Assembly (NCBI GenBank): GCA_051530055.1
Contig: CM121341.1
Span: 8,534,784-8,598,783, forward strand
Origin: Neoechinorhynchus agilis
Lineage: Eukaryota > Animalia > Acanthocephala
Direction of reading: 5' to 3'
DNA length: 64,000 nt
Position 1 is the stretch's first letter; every line of letters begins with the position of its first letter. Below, piece by piece: positions 9,830 to 21,533 of the stretch. Made by a program: the position numbers and the translations under genes. The notes beneath the pieces were generated by a model. The model was given only the letters and a program-made list of their open reading frames with translations. It did no database searches and was not told the DNA's origin.

Positions 9830-12800
9830 ACGCCTACAACACTTCTAATGGAGGACAAAGACGTTCCTTCGCTTGGAACTCATCAATTGGAAAAGAAAAC
9901 AATTCTAACTCTCGAAGTGTTATTTAGAAGTCTTCAACCCGGTAAAGAACGCCCCTAATAAACTCTTTACCTGGTTAGACCTCTAGACAACAATTCAAAT
10001 GGAGGATAAAGATGTTCCTCCGCTTTTAACTTTTATAGATTGGAAAAGAAAAAAATTCTAACTTTGGAAGTGTTATTTCGAAGTCTTCATCCCAGCAGAG
10101 AACGTCTCTAAAAAACTCTTTACCAGCTTAAAGACTTCTAAACAACACTTCAATTGGAGGATAAAGATGTTCCTCCGCTTTTAACTTTTATAGATTGCAA
10201 AAGAAAATTCTAACTTTGGAAGTGTTATTTCGAAGTCTTCAACCCGGTAAAGAACGTCTCTAATAAACTCTTTACCGGGTTAAAGACTTCTAAACAACAC
10301 TTCAATTGGAGGATAAAGATGTTCCTCCGCTTTTAACTTTTATAGATTGGAAAAGAAAACAATTCTAACTTTGGAAGTGTTATTTAGAAGTCTTCAACCC
10401 GGTAAAGAACGTCTCTAATAAACTCTTTACCGGGTTAAAGACTTCTAAACAACACTTCTAATGGAGGATAAAGATGTTCCTCCGCTTGGAACTTTTATAG
10501 ATTGGAAAAGAAAACAATTCTAACTTTGGAAGTGTTATTTAGAAGTCTTCAACCCGGTAAAGAACGTCTCTAATAAACTCTTTACCGGGTTAAAGACTTC
10601 TAAACAACACTTCTAATGGAGGATAAAGATGTTCCTCCGCTTGGAACTCATCAATTGGAAAAGAAAACAATTCTAACTTTGGAAGTGTTATTTAGAAGTC
10701 TTCATCCCAGCAGAGAACGTCTCTAATAAACTCTTTACCGGGTTAAAGACTTCTAAACAACACTTCTAATGGAGGATAAAGATGTTCCTCCGCTTGGAAC
10801 TCATCAATTGGAAAAGAAAACAATTCTAACTTTGGAAGTGTTATTTAGAAGTCTTCAACCCGGTAAAGAACGTCTCTAATAAACTCTTTACCGGGTTAAA
10901 GACTTCTAAACAACACTTCTAATGGAGGATAAAGATGTTCCTCCGCTTGTAACTTTTATAGATTGGAAAAGAAAACAATTCTAACTTTGGAAGTGTTATT
11001 TAGAAGTCTTCAACCCGGTAAAGAACGTCTCTAATAAACTCTTTACCGGGTTAAAGACTTCTAAACAACACTTCTAATGGAGGATAAAGATGTTCCTCCG
11101 CTTGGAACTCATCAATTGGAAAAGAAAACAATTCTAACTTTGGAAGTGTTATTTAGAAGTCTTCAACCCGGTAAAGAACGTCTCTAATAAACTCTTTACC
11201 GGGTAAATGACTTCTAAACAACACTTCTAATGGAGGATAAAGACGTTCCTTCGCTTGGAACTCATCAATTGGAAAAGAAAACAATTCTAACTTTGGAAGT
11301 GTTATTTAGAAGTCTTCATCCCAGCAGAGAACGTCTCTAATAAACTCTTTACCGGGTAAAAGACTTCTAAACAACACTTCTAATGGAGGATAAAGACGTT
11401 CCTTCGCTTGGAACTCATCAATTGGAAAAGAAAACAATTCTAACTTTGGAAGTGTTATTTCGAAGTCTTCATCCCAGCAGAGAACGTCTCTAAAAAACTC
11501 TTTACCTGGTTAGACCTCTAGACAACAATTCAAATGGAGGATAAAGATGTTCCTCCGCTTTTAACTTTTATAGATTGGAAAAGAAAAAAATTCTAACTTT
11601 GGAAGTGTTATTTCGAAGTCTTCATCCCAGCAGAGAACGTCTAAAAAACTCTTTACCGGCTTAAAGACTTCTAAACAACACTTCAATTGGAGGATAAAGA
11701 TGTTCCTCCGCTTTTAACTTTTATAGATTGCAAAAGAAAATTCTAACTTTGGAAGTGTTATTTCGAAGTCTTCAACCCGGTAAAGAACGTCTCTAATAAA
11801 CTCTTTACCGGGTTAAAGACTTCTAAACAACACTTCTAATGGAGGATAAAGATGTTCCTCCGCTTTTAACTTTTATAGATTGGAAAAGAAAACAATTCTA
11901 ACTTTGGAAGTGTTATTTCGAAGTCTTCAACCCGGTAAAGAACGTCTCTAATAAACTCTTTACCGGGTTAAAGACTTCTAAACAACACTTCTAATGGAGG
12001 ATAAATGTTCCTCCGCTTGGAACTCATCAATTGGAAAAGAAAACAATTCTAACTTTGGAAGTGTTATTTAGAAGTCTTCAACCCGGTAAAGAACGTCTCT
12101 AATAAACTCTTTACCGGGTTGACTTCTAAACAACACTTCAATGGAGGATAAAGATGTTCCTCGCTTGGAACTCATCAATTGGAAAAGAAAACAATTCTAA
12201 CTTGGGAAGTGTTATTTAGAAGTCTTCATCCCAGCAGAGAACGTCTCTAATAAACTCTTTACCGGGTAAAAGACTTCTAAACAACACTTCTAATGGAGGA
12301 TAAAGACGTTCCTTCGCTTGGAACTCATCAATTGGAAAAGAAAACAATTCTAACTTTGGAAGTGTTATTTCGAAGTCTTCATCCCAGCAGAGAACGTCTC
12401 TAAAAAACTCTTTACCTGGTTAGACTCTAGACAACAATTCAAATGGAGGATAAAGATGTTCCTCCGCTTTTAACTTTTATAGATTGGAAAAGAAAAAAAT
12501 TCTAACTTTGGAAGTGTTATTTCGAAGTCTTCATCCCAGCAGAGAACGTCTAAAAAACTCTTTACCTGGTTAGACCTCTAGACAACAATTCAAATGGAGG
12601 ATAAAGATGTTCCTCCGCTTTTAACTTTTATAGATTGGAAAAGAAAAAAATTCTAACTTTGGAAGTGTTATTTCGAAGTCTTCATCCCAGCAGAGAACGT
12701 CTCTAAAAAACTCTTTACCGACTTAAAGACTTCTAAACAACACTTCAATTGGAGGATAAAGATGTTCCTCCGCTTTTAACTTTTATAGATTGCAAAAGAA

Positions 12801-12995
12801 AACAATTCTAACTTTGAAAGTGTCATTTATAAGTCTTCAACACGGTAAAGAATGTCTCTAATAAACTCTTTACCGGGTTAAAGACTTTTAAACAACATTT
12901 CTAATGGAGGATAAAGATTTTCCTCCGTTTGCAGCTTTTATAGATTGCAAGAGAAAGCAATTCTAACTTTGAAAGTGTTATTTAGAAGTCTTCAA
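9830..12995 (+). repeat. ~155-bp tandem satellite (~20 units), each unit with a 35-bp-arm hairpin
   Basis: Period measured 10381 to 10536; arms GAAGTGTTATTTAGAAGTCTTCAACCCGGTAAAGA / TCTTTACCGGGTTAAAGACTTCTAAACAACACTTC around a 15-nt loop. Confidence 0.95.
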
Positions 12996-13084
12996 CCGGT
13001 AAAAAATACTAATTTTATTATTTGTTGGATTGTCAACTGATTTTCTCGACCGCATGTATATAGTTCTTTTTTATATGTGAATTG

Positions 13085-13226
13085 TTTTAGCACTTTCGGC
13101 GGTCGAATTTTATGTTTCAACTCAGAGAAGTGATATGGCCACATAAACTCGTATGAGCAACAGTTAAGAGTTCGTACATCTCTTCGGATCCTCAGGTACC
13201 AAAATCGACCGGCGAAAGTGCTAAAA
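13085..13226. repeat. Palindromic MITE-like element
   Basis: 22-bp inverted repeats TTTTAGCACTTTCGGCGGTCGA / TCGACCGGCGAAAGTGCTAAAA. Confidence 0.7.
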
Positions 13227-13357
13227 TAATTCCCATAGATAAAAAATTTATTTTATTGCTAAGAGATACAGCGATACTTTTAAGATCACAGACGGTCCGG
13301 AAGATCGACATTAATACTGGACGAAGTTGTTGTAGAGATGTTCATCATTTTAACTTT

Positions 13358-13552
13358 TTTATAGCGAATTATCAAATAATTGATGTTTTTGATAATTTTC
13401 GGCCTTCGCGTTAGGTGCTTATCCGGAGGCATTAAATTTCTTAACATGTTAGCCAATGTTTTAGCTGTTCTCGTTCACATATTCGAAAAACTTGCGATAC
13501 GCGAAGGCCGAAAATTACCAAATAAATCAATTATTTGATAATCCGCTATAAA
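13358..13552. repeat. Palindromic MITE-like element
   Basis: Nested inverted repeats, including a perfect 19-bp pair TAATTTTCGGCCTTCGCGT / ACGCGAAGGCCGAAAATTA and an outer ~25-bp pair. Confidence 0.7.
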
Positions 13553-14039
13553 GTAATTGGACGAAGTGTTTAACGTTTTTTACTGACAAAAAGGAACAAA
13601 TTAAATAGTTGGAGAAAATTGGGAGATGAGCAAATTAATCGATTGTGTTTCTGTTAAATTCCGTTCGCGAGCTTTTTTCTATAAAACTTATTTGTGAAAA
13701 GTGTGAAATTCGTAAATCTATCAATTTTGATAACATTTCCTATTAAAAAGTATTCTAATTTCGCGAAATTCGTCTCTTTAAGGCTTTCGAATAAAAAACT
13801 TCACAAAAAGGTGCATCAGCCAACTTGGAACGGACAAGTTAAGGAGATCCTTTGGATTCCCAAAGCTAAAACCAAAAGAATTTAAAACTGCTTCTTCCAT
13901 GGTATGAATGTTAGAGATCAGTAAGGTAGACGGACGGAATTTAATGGGAACTTGTAAATCAATATCGATTCTTCTCTCATCACCAAAGAACACAAATAAT
14001 CAATTACTGTTTCTTCGAAGGTACATTTAAGAGTCTTAT

Positions 14040-14745
14040 CCATATGTCTTGTCTTACCAAAATCCACTGTATGCCCAGCCGTCCTCGTCCACAATTGTCG
14101 CCCGAATGCTTGCAGGGTTGCCTCTCAACACGGCCAAGTCTGATATTTTGAACCAGGTATTGACCTGACCTTGGATCGCCGGTTATAACCTGAAGGCGTC
14201 GCTTCAGATTCCTCGGGAGTTGAGGAGCCTCGCAATCAAGAGATCCGTAGGTACATTGGCTAAATCAAGGTATTTCGCCGTTTTCCGCCTTTCTACAGTG
14301 CTCGCTGCACCTCCAGTTTGAACCACCGAGAACTTGAGATTGCTGGCCTTGAGTGTATCGACACAGTGGCGTCCCAGAGGAGCCATTTACCCTCCCGCCA
14401 GGGAAATACGGTTTCCCCATCAGGTCTAAGCCCGTCGTCCCTACAGAAGTTTACAGGTTCCAAAATATTGGGGGTATTTACCGCATAACAAGTGCCCGGC
14501 TCAGCACCATGTTGATTTCAGAATGTCTTGCGAATCTACCGGCTGATTTTCTACAGGCAGCGGTAACGGTGAGGAAAACTCCGATCCGTACTGCCTCGCC
14601 GGAGAATACCCTCGGATGCCAGCGGGACCGCGTTCAACCAAGCAGCCAACAACCTGGCACGGACAACGTCGTCGTTTGAGTTCCATAAGAGAGAGAGCTT
14701 TGGACTCTTGCGACGAGGCCCACGCAGATTGTTTTTAGCCATACA
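14040..14745 (-). mobile_element. 5'-truncated, degenerate CRE-like retrotransposon
   Basis: Minus strand reads DDVVRARLLAAWLNAVPLASEGI, RTAVTL and [15 protein letters not shown], homologous to the C-terminal part of the copy at 14-2048. Confidence 0.75.
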
Positions 14746-16636
14746 AAAAAGAGAATCAGAAACTTTGCCGGGAAAAGAAGGTATTTAAAGGAACACGAAA
14801 AGCTAAATGTAATTCTCTCCCAAAATTCTGCATTTTTTGTGACCATTTTTTGATCTACTGGATAAATGTTCGCTATTTTGCCTCATTTTTGAATTGATCG
14901 ATTGTTAACTTTTAAATGACCACCGATTTGAGTACGTCGGAACGTCGATTTTATCCGAAAAAGCTCTACTGATCAATTTCCGTCGATTGAAAAGAGAGAA
15001 TCAGAAACTTTGCCGGGAAAAGAAGGTATTTAAAGGAACACGAAAAGCTAAATGTAATTCTCTCCCAAAATTCTGCATTTTTGTGACCATTTTTTGATCT
15101 ACTGGATAAATGTTCGCTATTTTGCCTCATTTTTGAATTGATCGATTGTTAACTTTTAAATGACCACCGATTTGAGTACGTCGGAACGTCGATTTTATCC
15201 GAAAAAGCTCTACTGATCAATTTCCGTCGATTGAAAAGAGAGAATCAGAAACTTTGCCGGGAAAAGAAGGTATTTAAAGGAACACGAAAAGCTAAATGTA
15301 ATTCTCTCCCAAAATTCTGCATTTTTTGTGACCATTTTTTGATCTACTGGATAAATGTTTGCTATTTTGCCTCATTTTTGAATTGATCGATTGTTAACTT
15401 TTAAATGACCACCGATTTGAGTACGTCGGAACGTCGATTTTATCCGAAAAAGCTCTGATCAATTCGTCGATTGAAAGGAATAGAAACTTGCGGGAAAGAA
15501 GGTATTTAAAGGAAACGAAAAGCTAAATGTAATTCTCTCCCAAATTCTGCATTTTTGTGACCATTTTTTGATCTACTGGATAAATGTTGCTATTTTGCCT
15601 CATTTTTGAATTGATCGATTGTTAACTTTTAAATGACCACCGATTTGAGTACGTCGGACGTCGATTTTATCCGAAAAAGCTCTACTGATCAATTTCCGTC
15701 GATTAAAAGAGAGAATCAGAAACTTTGCCGGGAAAAGAAGGTATTTAAAGGAAACGAAAAGCTAAATGTAATTCTCTCCCAAATTCTGCATTTTTTGTGA
15801 CCATTTTTTGATCTACTGGATAAATGTTGCTATTTTGCCTCATTTTTGAATTGATCGATGTTAACTTTTAAATGACCACCGATTTGAGTACGTCGGAACG
15901 TCGATTTTATCCGAAAAAGCTCTACTGATCAATTTCCGTCGATTAAAGAGAGAATCAGAAACTTTGCGGGAAAAGAAGGTATTTAAAGGAAACGAAAAGT
16001 AAATGTAATTCTCTCCCAAATTCTGCATTTTTGTGACATTTTTTGATCTACTGGATAAATGTTGCTATTTTGCCTCATTTTGAATTGATCGATGTTAACT
16101 TTAATGACACGATTTGAGTACGTCGAGTCGATTTTATCGAAAAAGCTCTACTGATCAATTTCGTCGATTAAAAGAGAATCAGAAACTTTGCCGGGAAAGA
16201 AGGTATTTAAAGGAACACGAAAAGCTAAATGTAATTCTCTCCCAAATTCTGCATTTTTGTGACCATTTTTTGATCTACTGGATAAATGTTGCTATTTTGC
16301 CTCATTTTTGAATTGATCGATTGTTAACTTTTAAATGACCACCGATTTGAGTACGTCGGAACGTCGATTTTATCCGAAAAAGCTCTACTGATCAATTTCC
16401 GTCGATTAAAAGAGAGAATCAGAAACTTTGCCGGGAAAAGAAGGTATTTAAAGGAACACGAAAAGCTAAATGTAATTCTCTCCCAAAATTCTGCATTTTT
16501 GTGACCATTTTTTGATCTACTGGATAAATGTTTGCTATTTTGCCTCATTTTTGAATTGATCGATTGTTAACTTTTAAATGACCACGGATTTGAGTACGTC
16601 AGAACGTCGATTTTATCCTAAAAAGCTCTACTGATC
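14746..16636 (+). repeat. ~245-bp tandem array (~7.7 units)
   Basis: Periods 245 and 244 bp measured on the first units; middle units carry many 1-nt deletions. Confidence 0.95.
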
Positions 16637-16839
16637 GATTGCTTTCTATTGGAAGTTTTGTCATCCCGGATTTGCCACCCCAAATTCAGGGTGGAAAAAA
16701 GAAAGTACCTTCCCTTCCCCCCTCGAAGATAATAATCCAAGTTTTGAACCGGGGCCGTATGCCTACACAAAGATACTGAATTAAAGTTACTGGCTGACCA
16801 GAACTTTGGATGGAAAAAGTGGGTTATTTTGCTCAAAGC

Positions 16840-17061
16840 TCATTTATTAACCATTCCACGTTCGGTGATTTGTTTGAGGAACTCATTTTGGGATTGAACG
16901 AGAACATCATTGTGCTTAATTGAACACCTCTGAACGCATTTCTGCTCCCGTTCACTCAAATGCCTTCGATCGAATGAGTGAACGCAGCTAGAGAAACAAT
17001 TCTCTGCTACTTCTAAATGCATCTTCAGAATCTCCTGTTGGATTCTTAGAAACTCGTCCAT
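16840..17061 (-). CDS. Small Tim chaperone (Tim9/Tim10B family)
   Basis: Twin CX3C motif (CFSSC ... CVQRC), ~73 aa; ATG directly after TTTCAG. Confidence 0.85.
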   Translation of the reverse strand: MDEFLRIQQEILKMHLEVAENCFSSCVHSFDRRHLSEREQKCVQRCSIKHNDVLVQSQNEFLKQITERGMVNK

Positions 17062-17091
17062 CTGAAACGAAGAAATCACGAATGTTTTTAT

Positions 17092-17436
17092 TCAGAACGT
17101 CTCATGGCTAAGATTTCCAAACGCTTCATACAAGAAAGCGAACAGAAGAAATCGCTCTTCTTCTCGCATATTCCACACGCTCCGTCCACTTGGAAGCGTC
17201 CTCCCGTAGGTCGCTATCTCGGCAAACTCGTTTGAAATAACTTCGTACACTTTCGCCACTATCTGAGCACGGTCTCCTTGTCGTCTTGAAGTGCAACTTA
17301 AAAGCTTCAGAATGTCAATAGTGATTCCCATCACTTCCCAGTCATCTTTTGAATAATTCATTCCTACGTTTAGGAAGTTTCCAATCCAGCAATAGTCGTC
17401 GCCATTCTTCCGTCGATAAATATCCTTTGTTTTCCA
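17092..17436 (-). CDS. Terminal exon of an unidentified gene, immediately upstream of the small Tim gene
   Basis: Open frame from 17436 to TGA at 17092; AATAAA overlaps the stop; 5' structure unresolved. Confidence 0.5.
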   Translation of the reverse strand, partial: WKTKDIYRRKNGDDYCWIGNFLNVGMNYSKDDWEVMGITIDILKLLSCTSRRQGDRAQIVAKVYEVISNEFAEIATYGRTLPSGRSVWNMREEERFLLFAFLYEAFGNLSHETF

Positions 17437-17609
17437 CTAAAAGACGCTCTACAAATCGATGCATCCAACCGCGATATGGAGCGAATCTTTAGATGGCCAT
17501 CGGCGTGCTAAAAAAAGCCATTCGGTCCGTGAACCTCAAGGATGTCGCCTTTGAAAACAAAGGTTTATTTTATTCACTCAAATCGTTGAGCTCTCTTAAC
17601 GGATAAAAC

Positions 17610-17945
17610 ATGACACGCCGAAGTGAACGCAATTCTGTTAGCCGTGCCCTGAATACTGTGAATGCGTCCAACATCCTAGAGCCGATCAATCTTGGCCGAT
17701 TCGATGGCCGTCGTAGACCGGACGGTGTCACAGTATTCTCGCGGTGACGCCATTCGCAGCCAGCAACATAAAATTCGCCACCATATCGCCGCTGAGGAAC
17801 GTAAAAAGATTAAATACAGGGAGCTGAGTCGAAATCGTTATTTTGTTCCCTTTGGCGCCGAGACGCTCGGGTCGTTCGCTATTGCGACGAAGGACCTGGT
17901 CTAAGAATTGTCTAAGAGATTGAGAGGAATCACATTTTTATCCTC
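17610..17945 (+). mobile_element. Degenerate CRE-like 3' (RLE) fragment
   Basis: RHAEVN..SRALNTVNASNILEP..RFDGRRRPDG and FVPFGAETLG motifs. Confidence 0.7.
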
Positions 17946-18199
17946 CAATACCTTTTTGAATCGCTCACTCTATGATAAAAAAATAGTTTTGTTTTTGCGA
18001 CCAACCATTTGCCAAGGTTAAAAATGGTGCGGTACTCACCTTTCCTCTCTCGAGGCAGCTTTCATTCGTGAGAATATTAGAGATCCAACGATGAAATGAT
18101 TCCAGCGTAAGGCTATGACTTCGGCGTTGATTCTTTTACCACTTAATAAATTTTATTATTGATTTATTTTTTTGACGAGTAACTCAGTGCGATGATCAT

Positions 18200-18530
18200 T
18201 CCATAATGATGCTTGCGGCGCAGGGCCTGGTCAAGCAATTTGCGTCACCATGTAAATCATGGCATCTGCGTCAATACGCAAATCACTACATCTTCTCCCC
18301 TTCATCATCTGAACCTTTGGGGAGGACGTCTTATTCGACTACTTCGCAGTTAGGACCTGGTCAAGCAATTGTCCAAGAGATTGAGAGGAATCACTGGCGA
18401 TCCGAGGGCAGAGGCATTCCTCCTACAAAGCAAAAGTCTGCTCTGAAAACTAGAGAACGCTGCATCCGTCCTTTCGATCGTTACACGAAAACGGCATCTC
18501 AGGGATCCAGAGGGGCGGTGGTGTCTGAAT
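18200..18530 (+). mobile_element. Degenerate CRE-like 3' fragment
   Basis: EPLGRTS..QLG..IVQEIERNHWRSEGRGIP resembles the element C-terminus; GAGATTGAGAGGAATCAC is shared with ~17915-17933. Confidence 0.5.
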
Positions 18531-19038
18531 AAAAGTGAAGCTGAAAAAATCTCTATTTGAGAAAAGTTAAAGATAAAATCCATGAGTATGTGGAAGTGGG
18601 GAAAAATTATATATCAAAGAATGACTTTAATTTATTTAAACCATTAAATTTTATTTGTTAAAGTACAAAACGTGCAATCACCACCGTCCGAAAAATTGGA
18701 GCTGCTCTCCTTCCTCGGCTGTCGCTATCGCGCTTGCAGCATTGTCTCGTTGTACTGCGAGCGAGATATTTTGTCGCAGGAATACGCCTGCTCGTGCGTC
18801 GCCGGTTCGTCCAATCACACTGGACTTCTTCAGTCAATTATTGTTTGCACACATTCACAGTTGAAAAAACTTGCCCAATCAAAGTTCTCCACGGACAAAA
18901 ACTTCTTTGTAGGCTGTACAAATGTTCTCTACGCCCCAGTTCGAATTCTACGTTTTAGCGGTCGTCATTTGAAACATTTAAAATTTCTAAATGACACAAA
19001 CGCTCGAACCGTAGCACGTTTGATTTGTGTATAGCAAC

Positions 19039-19795
19039 ATGGATACCATTTTTCAACTTCAAGATGATCTTACACTCATGGAAGATGAGCTTCGAGGTCT
19101 AGTGGCTAAAGTGTTATGTTCTATTAAAAGAAATGACTCGGGAAAGATTAAAGATGATCCTTATTGTGTGCATCACGTCGAACAGTTCATCAAACTCAGT
19201 GAAGAATACTTGATGTTGGCTAAACGTTTGAACAGCGATCTCGGATTGGCGAATAAAGAAAGGGAATTATTGTCGAATCCCTACGCGAAAATTCCATTGT
19301 ATTTTATGGAAATACTTTTATTGGCCGAAGAGAAATTAACGCGTCTGATCGAAAACGTGGACCAATTGGTGATTATAAGTGATCATCGAATCGGGATTGG
19401 AACTGAAAAACTCCTTTCCAGTGCCATTGGGTATAGTAGAAAGCCATATCCCGTTCAGAGAAAAGGGAAATTCATTTGTGATTTTATTGGAGAAACTCGA
19501 TAAGCTCTTGACATTTGGTCTTTATATGGTCCAGAACTTATAGGATGGTGAAAGGGGTCGTTTAAAGAAGCGACATCAGGATGGATATTTAAGTAAGGAA
19601 GAGTTTGAAAACGTTATGTCGGATATTATTAACTACTCCTATGTAGAAGAAATGAACGGTTCTATAAGTTCCTCGGACACCGTTGAGAGTGATCAGCAAT
19701 CGGAACAGAGCAAAGAAGACGCCCAGGAGCCTAGAGGACGACAAAGACGGAAGGGAAAAATAGTAAGTGCAAAGAGGAGTGCAAAAAAGAAGTGA
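19039..19795 (+). CDS. Unidentified two-exon gene with a weak SET-like motif and basic C-terminal tail
   Basis: ATG 4 nt after TTTGTGTATAG; exons 19039-19501 and 19587-19795 joined via a T|AA...AT| intron give KGKFICDFIGETRYLSKEEF (cf. SET motif KGEFIxEYxGEVIxxEE). Confidence 0.5.
19502..19586 (+). other. Candidate 85-nt non-canonical intron T|AA...AT|
   Basis: Upstream ORF ends in T|AA; downstream frame resumes after GGAT|; TA is duplicated at both ends. Confidence 0.5.
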
Positions 19796-21114
19796 AATTT
19801 ATCTGATAGTTTATTAGGTTAGCGAGAATCATATAAATCTATTTTGGTCATGTCGTTTTTTCAAATGTTTCCCCATATAGTGGTTCCTGAAAGAGAATTT
19901 CGTCGAAATTACTAACTTTTTAAATATTCAAGCGCTCAATGTTCCGAAATGGGAACTTAGGAACATCTCTACAGTCCATTGCCTCGAAGATTCCATTTCT
20001 GAATGCGATGAACCATTTTCTAGCCTTTGTTAAAATGCCGGACGATACCAATTGTATCAATAGCGAGAGAGGTTAGAAAAAGTAGAGCGACTGATAATAA
20101 CACGTTTATTTGCTTGTTAGTTAACAAGAATTGGAGCCATGTACATTTGAATTCCCACTGTGGCATTATTTTTGATGAAGATATTGTAATCGTTATTTTA
20201 GCGATAAACAATATTCGTTTGAAACTATAGAATGCGGATTTGGTGAAAAACGCTTGTTCAAAGAATGCGATTGTTGATTATTGAGTGTATTATTGTTTTG
20301 GTAGGGTGGGAATATCCGTTGTGCTCATGTGAAAGGGGGGGATAAAATGAGGTAAAAATTGGATTGCTTGACGAAAATTTTATAAAGGCATTTGGCGAGC
20401 GGGGCAAGACGACAGATTAGAGATTTGGATAGGTTGCAAAGGGTAGGAAAATTTGGAGAGATCGGGCAAAAGGATTACTAAATGGCGGAAGCGTTTGTAG
20501 AGATAAATTTTAAGTGTGTTGCGTTTGAGGGAAAGCGTAATTCTTAGGGAGGTTACTCGTTGGATGTCATTTGGAAGATCGGGATCGGACGTAGAGTTGC
20601 GGGAGAGAGCGGATCATTTCGAAGCATTTAGAGAAATTAAGGTAGAGTTTGTGATTGGTGCAGACATCTTTTATGTGTTTGATTTCGTTAGAGGTTAAGG
20701 AAAGGGAGAGGTGGGGTGGTGAATGGGTGATGTCGTCGGCATATAAAGTTTGGAGTGAGATGAGAGAGGCTTACGTTCGTTTAAGAAAGTATTAAAAAAG
20801 GAGGTGATTCGATGGCACCATGAAGTATGCCTTTGGCAAGGAGCACACTTTAAATTTTTCTTAAAGATGTGCTTTGAAATTTTTTTAATTGGGCATCTGA
20901 CGGGATGTAGCAAGAGCGAACTTTACATCAAGCAAGACTAATCTTGCCATAAGATCTTCAGGAGACCTACCAACAGCCCCTATCTAGCCAAACACTGAAG
21001 TTGTAATGTCCAAAATGAAAAAAGCAACCAGGTCATTTTCCTACGAAGTTTCGCACAGGTAAGAAAACGATATCTCTCTTGAGAAATCATCGCAGTGAGC
21101 CGCAGGAATACGAA

Positions 21115-21390
21115 AACAACGAAGCGGCTCGAAATTGAGACAATTCCATTATCTTTTACGCACTCATAGAGTTTTATGCCTCAATATGTCTTAGGGGCCC
21201 CTTTTTGAATTGAGACTGAATCTGCTGAGCATTAGTCTTCTTTGTAACCTGAAAAGCTATTAATAGGAAGAATAAAAATTTTGCGAAGTGTTTTTTCTGG
21301 CTGAATAACGAGTAATATTGTATAAGTCAGAAAATCTAGATTAGGTGATATGAAAATGTATAATCGATAAACAAAAGCGGGTTCTGACCT
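21115..21390 (+). repeat. Dispersed repeat, second copy at ~58137-58370
   Basis: Near-identical ACAACGAAGCGGCTCGAAATTGAGACAATTCC...AAACAAAAGCGGG; the second copy has internal deletions. Confidence 0.8.
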
Positions 21391-21533
21391 AAAAAATTCT
21401 ACTTATTTAGGAAAAATCCCCAAGTTTATCTTGCTAGTTATCCATGAGTTCCACTTTATAAATTCCAACTTAAACCTTCGGCCCGTCCCAAGTTCGGATT
21501 GGAATAAAACAATAGAAGTAAAAACCTCAACGA

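Noticed and set aside
13778-13993. Possible gene extending to ~13650 via a homopolymer frameshift
   Set aside because: No homology or splice support recognisable; insufficient evidence.
15450-16200. Apparently diverged middle units of the 245-bp array
   Set aside because: Differences are almost all 1-nt deletions, typical of long-read consensus error. This also means isolated homopolymer frameshifts elsewhere (e.g. ~13795, ~21615) should not be over-read.
9830-16636. CRISPR-like arrays
   Set aside because: Units repeat in full with no unique spacers, there are no cas genes, and the context is eukaryotic; same for 27880-29090, 38110-39500 and 41870-46950.
20280-20930. Purine-rich strand-asymmetric tract as a gene or LINE
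   Set aside because: All frames have stops and no motif was recognised; probably a decayed element.
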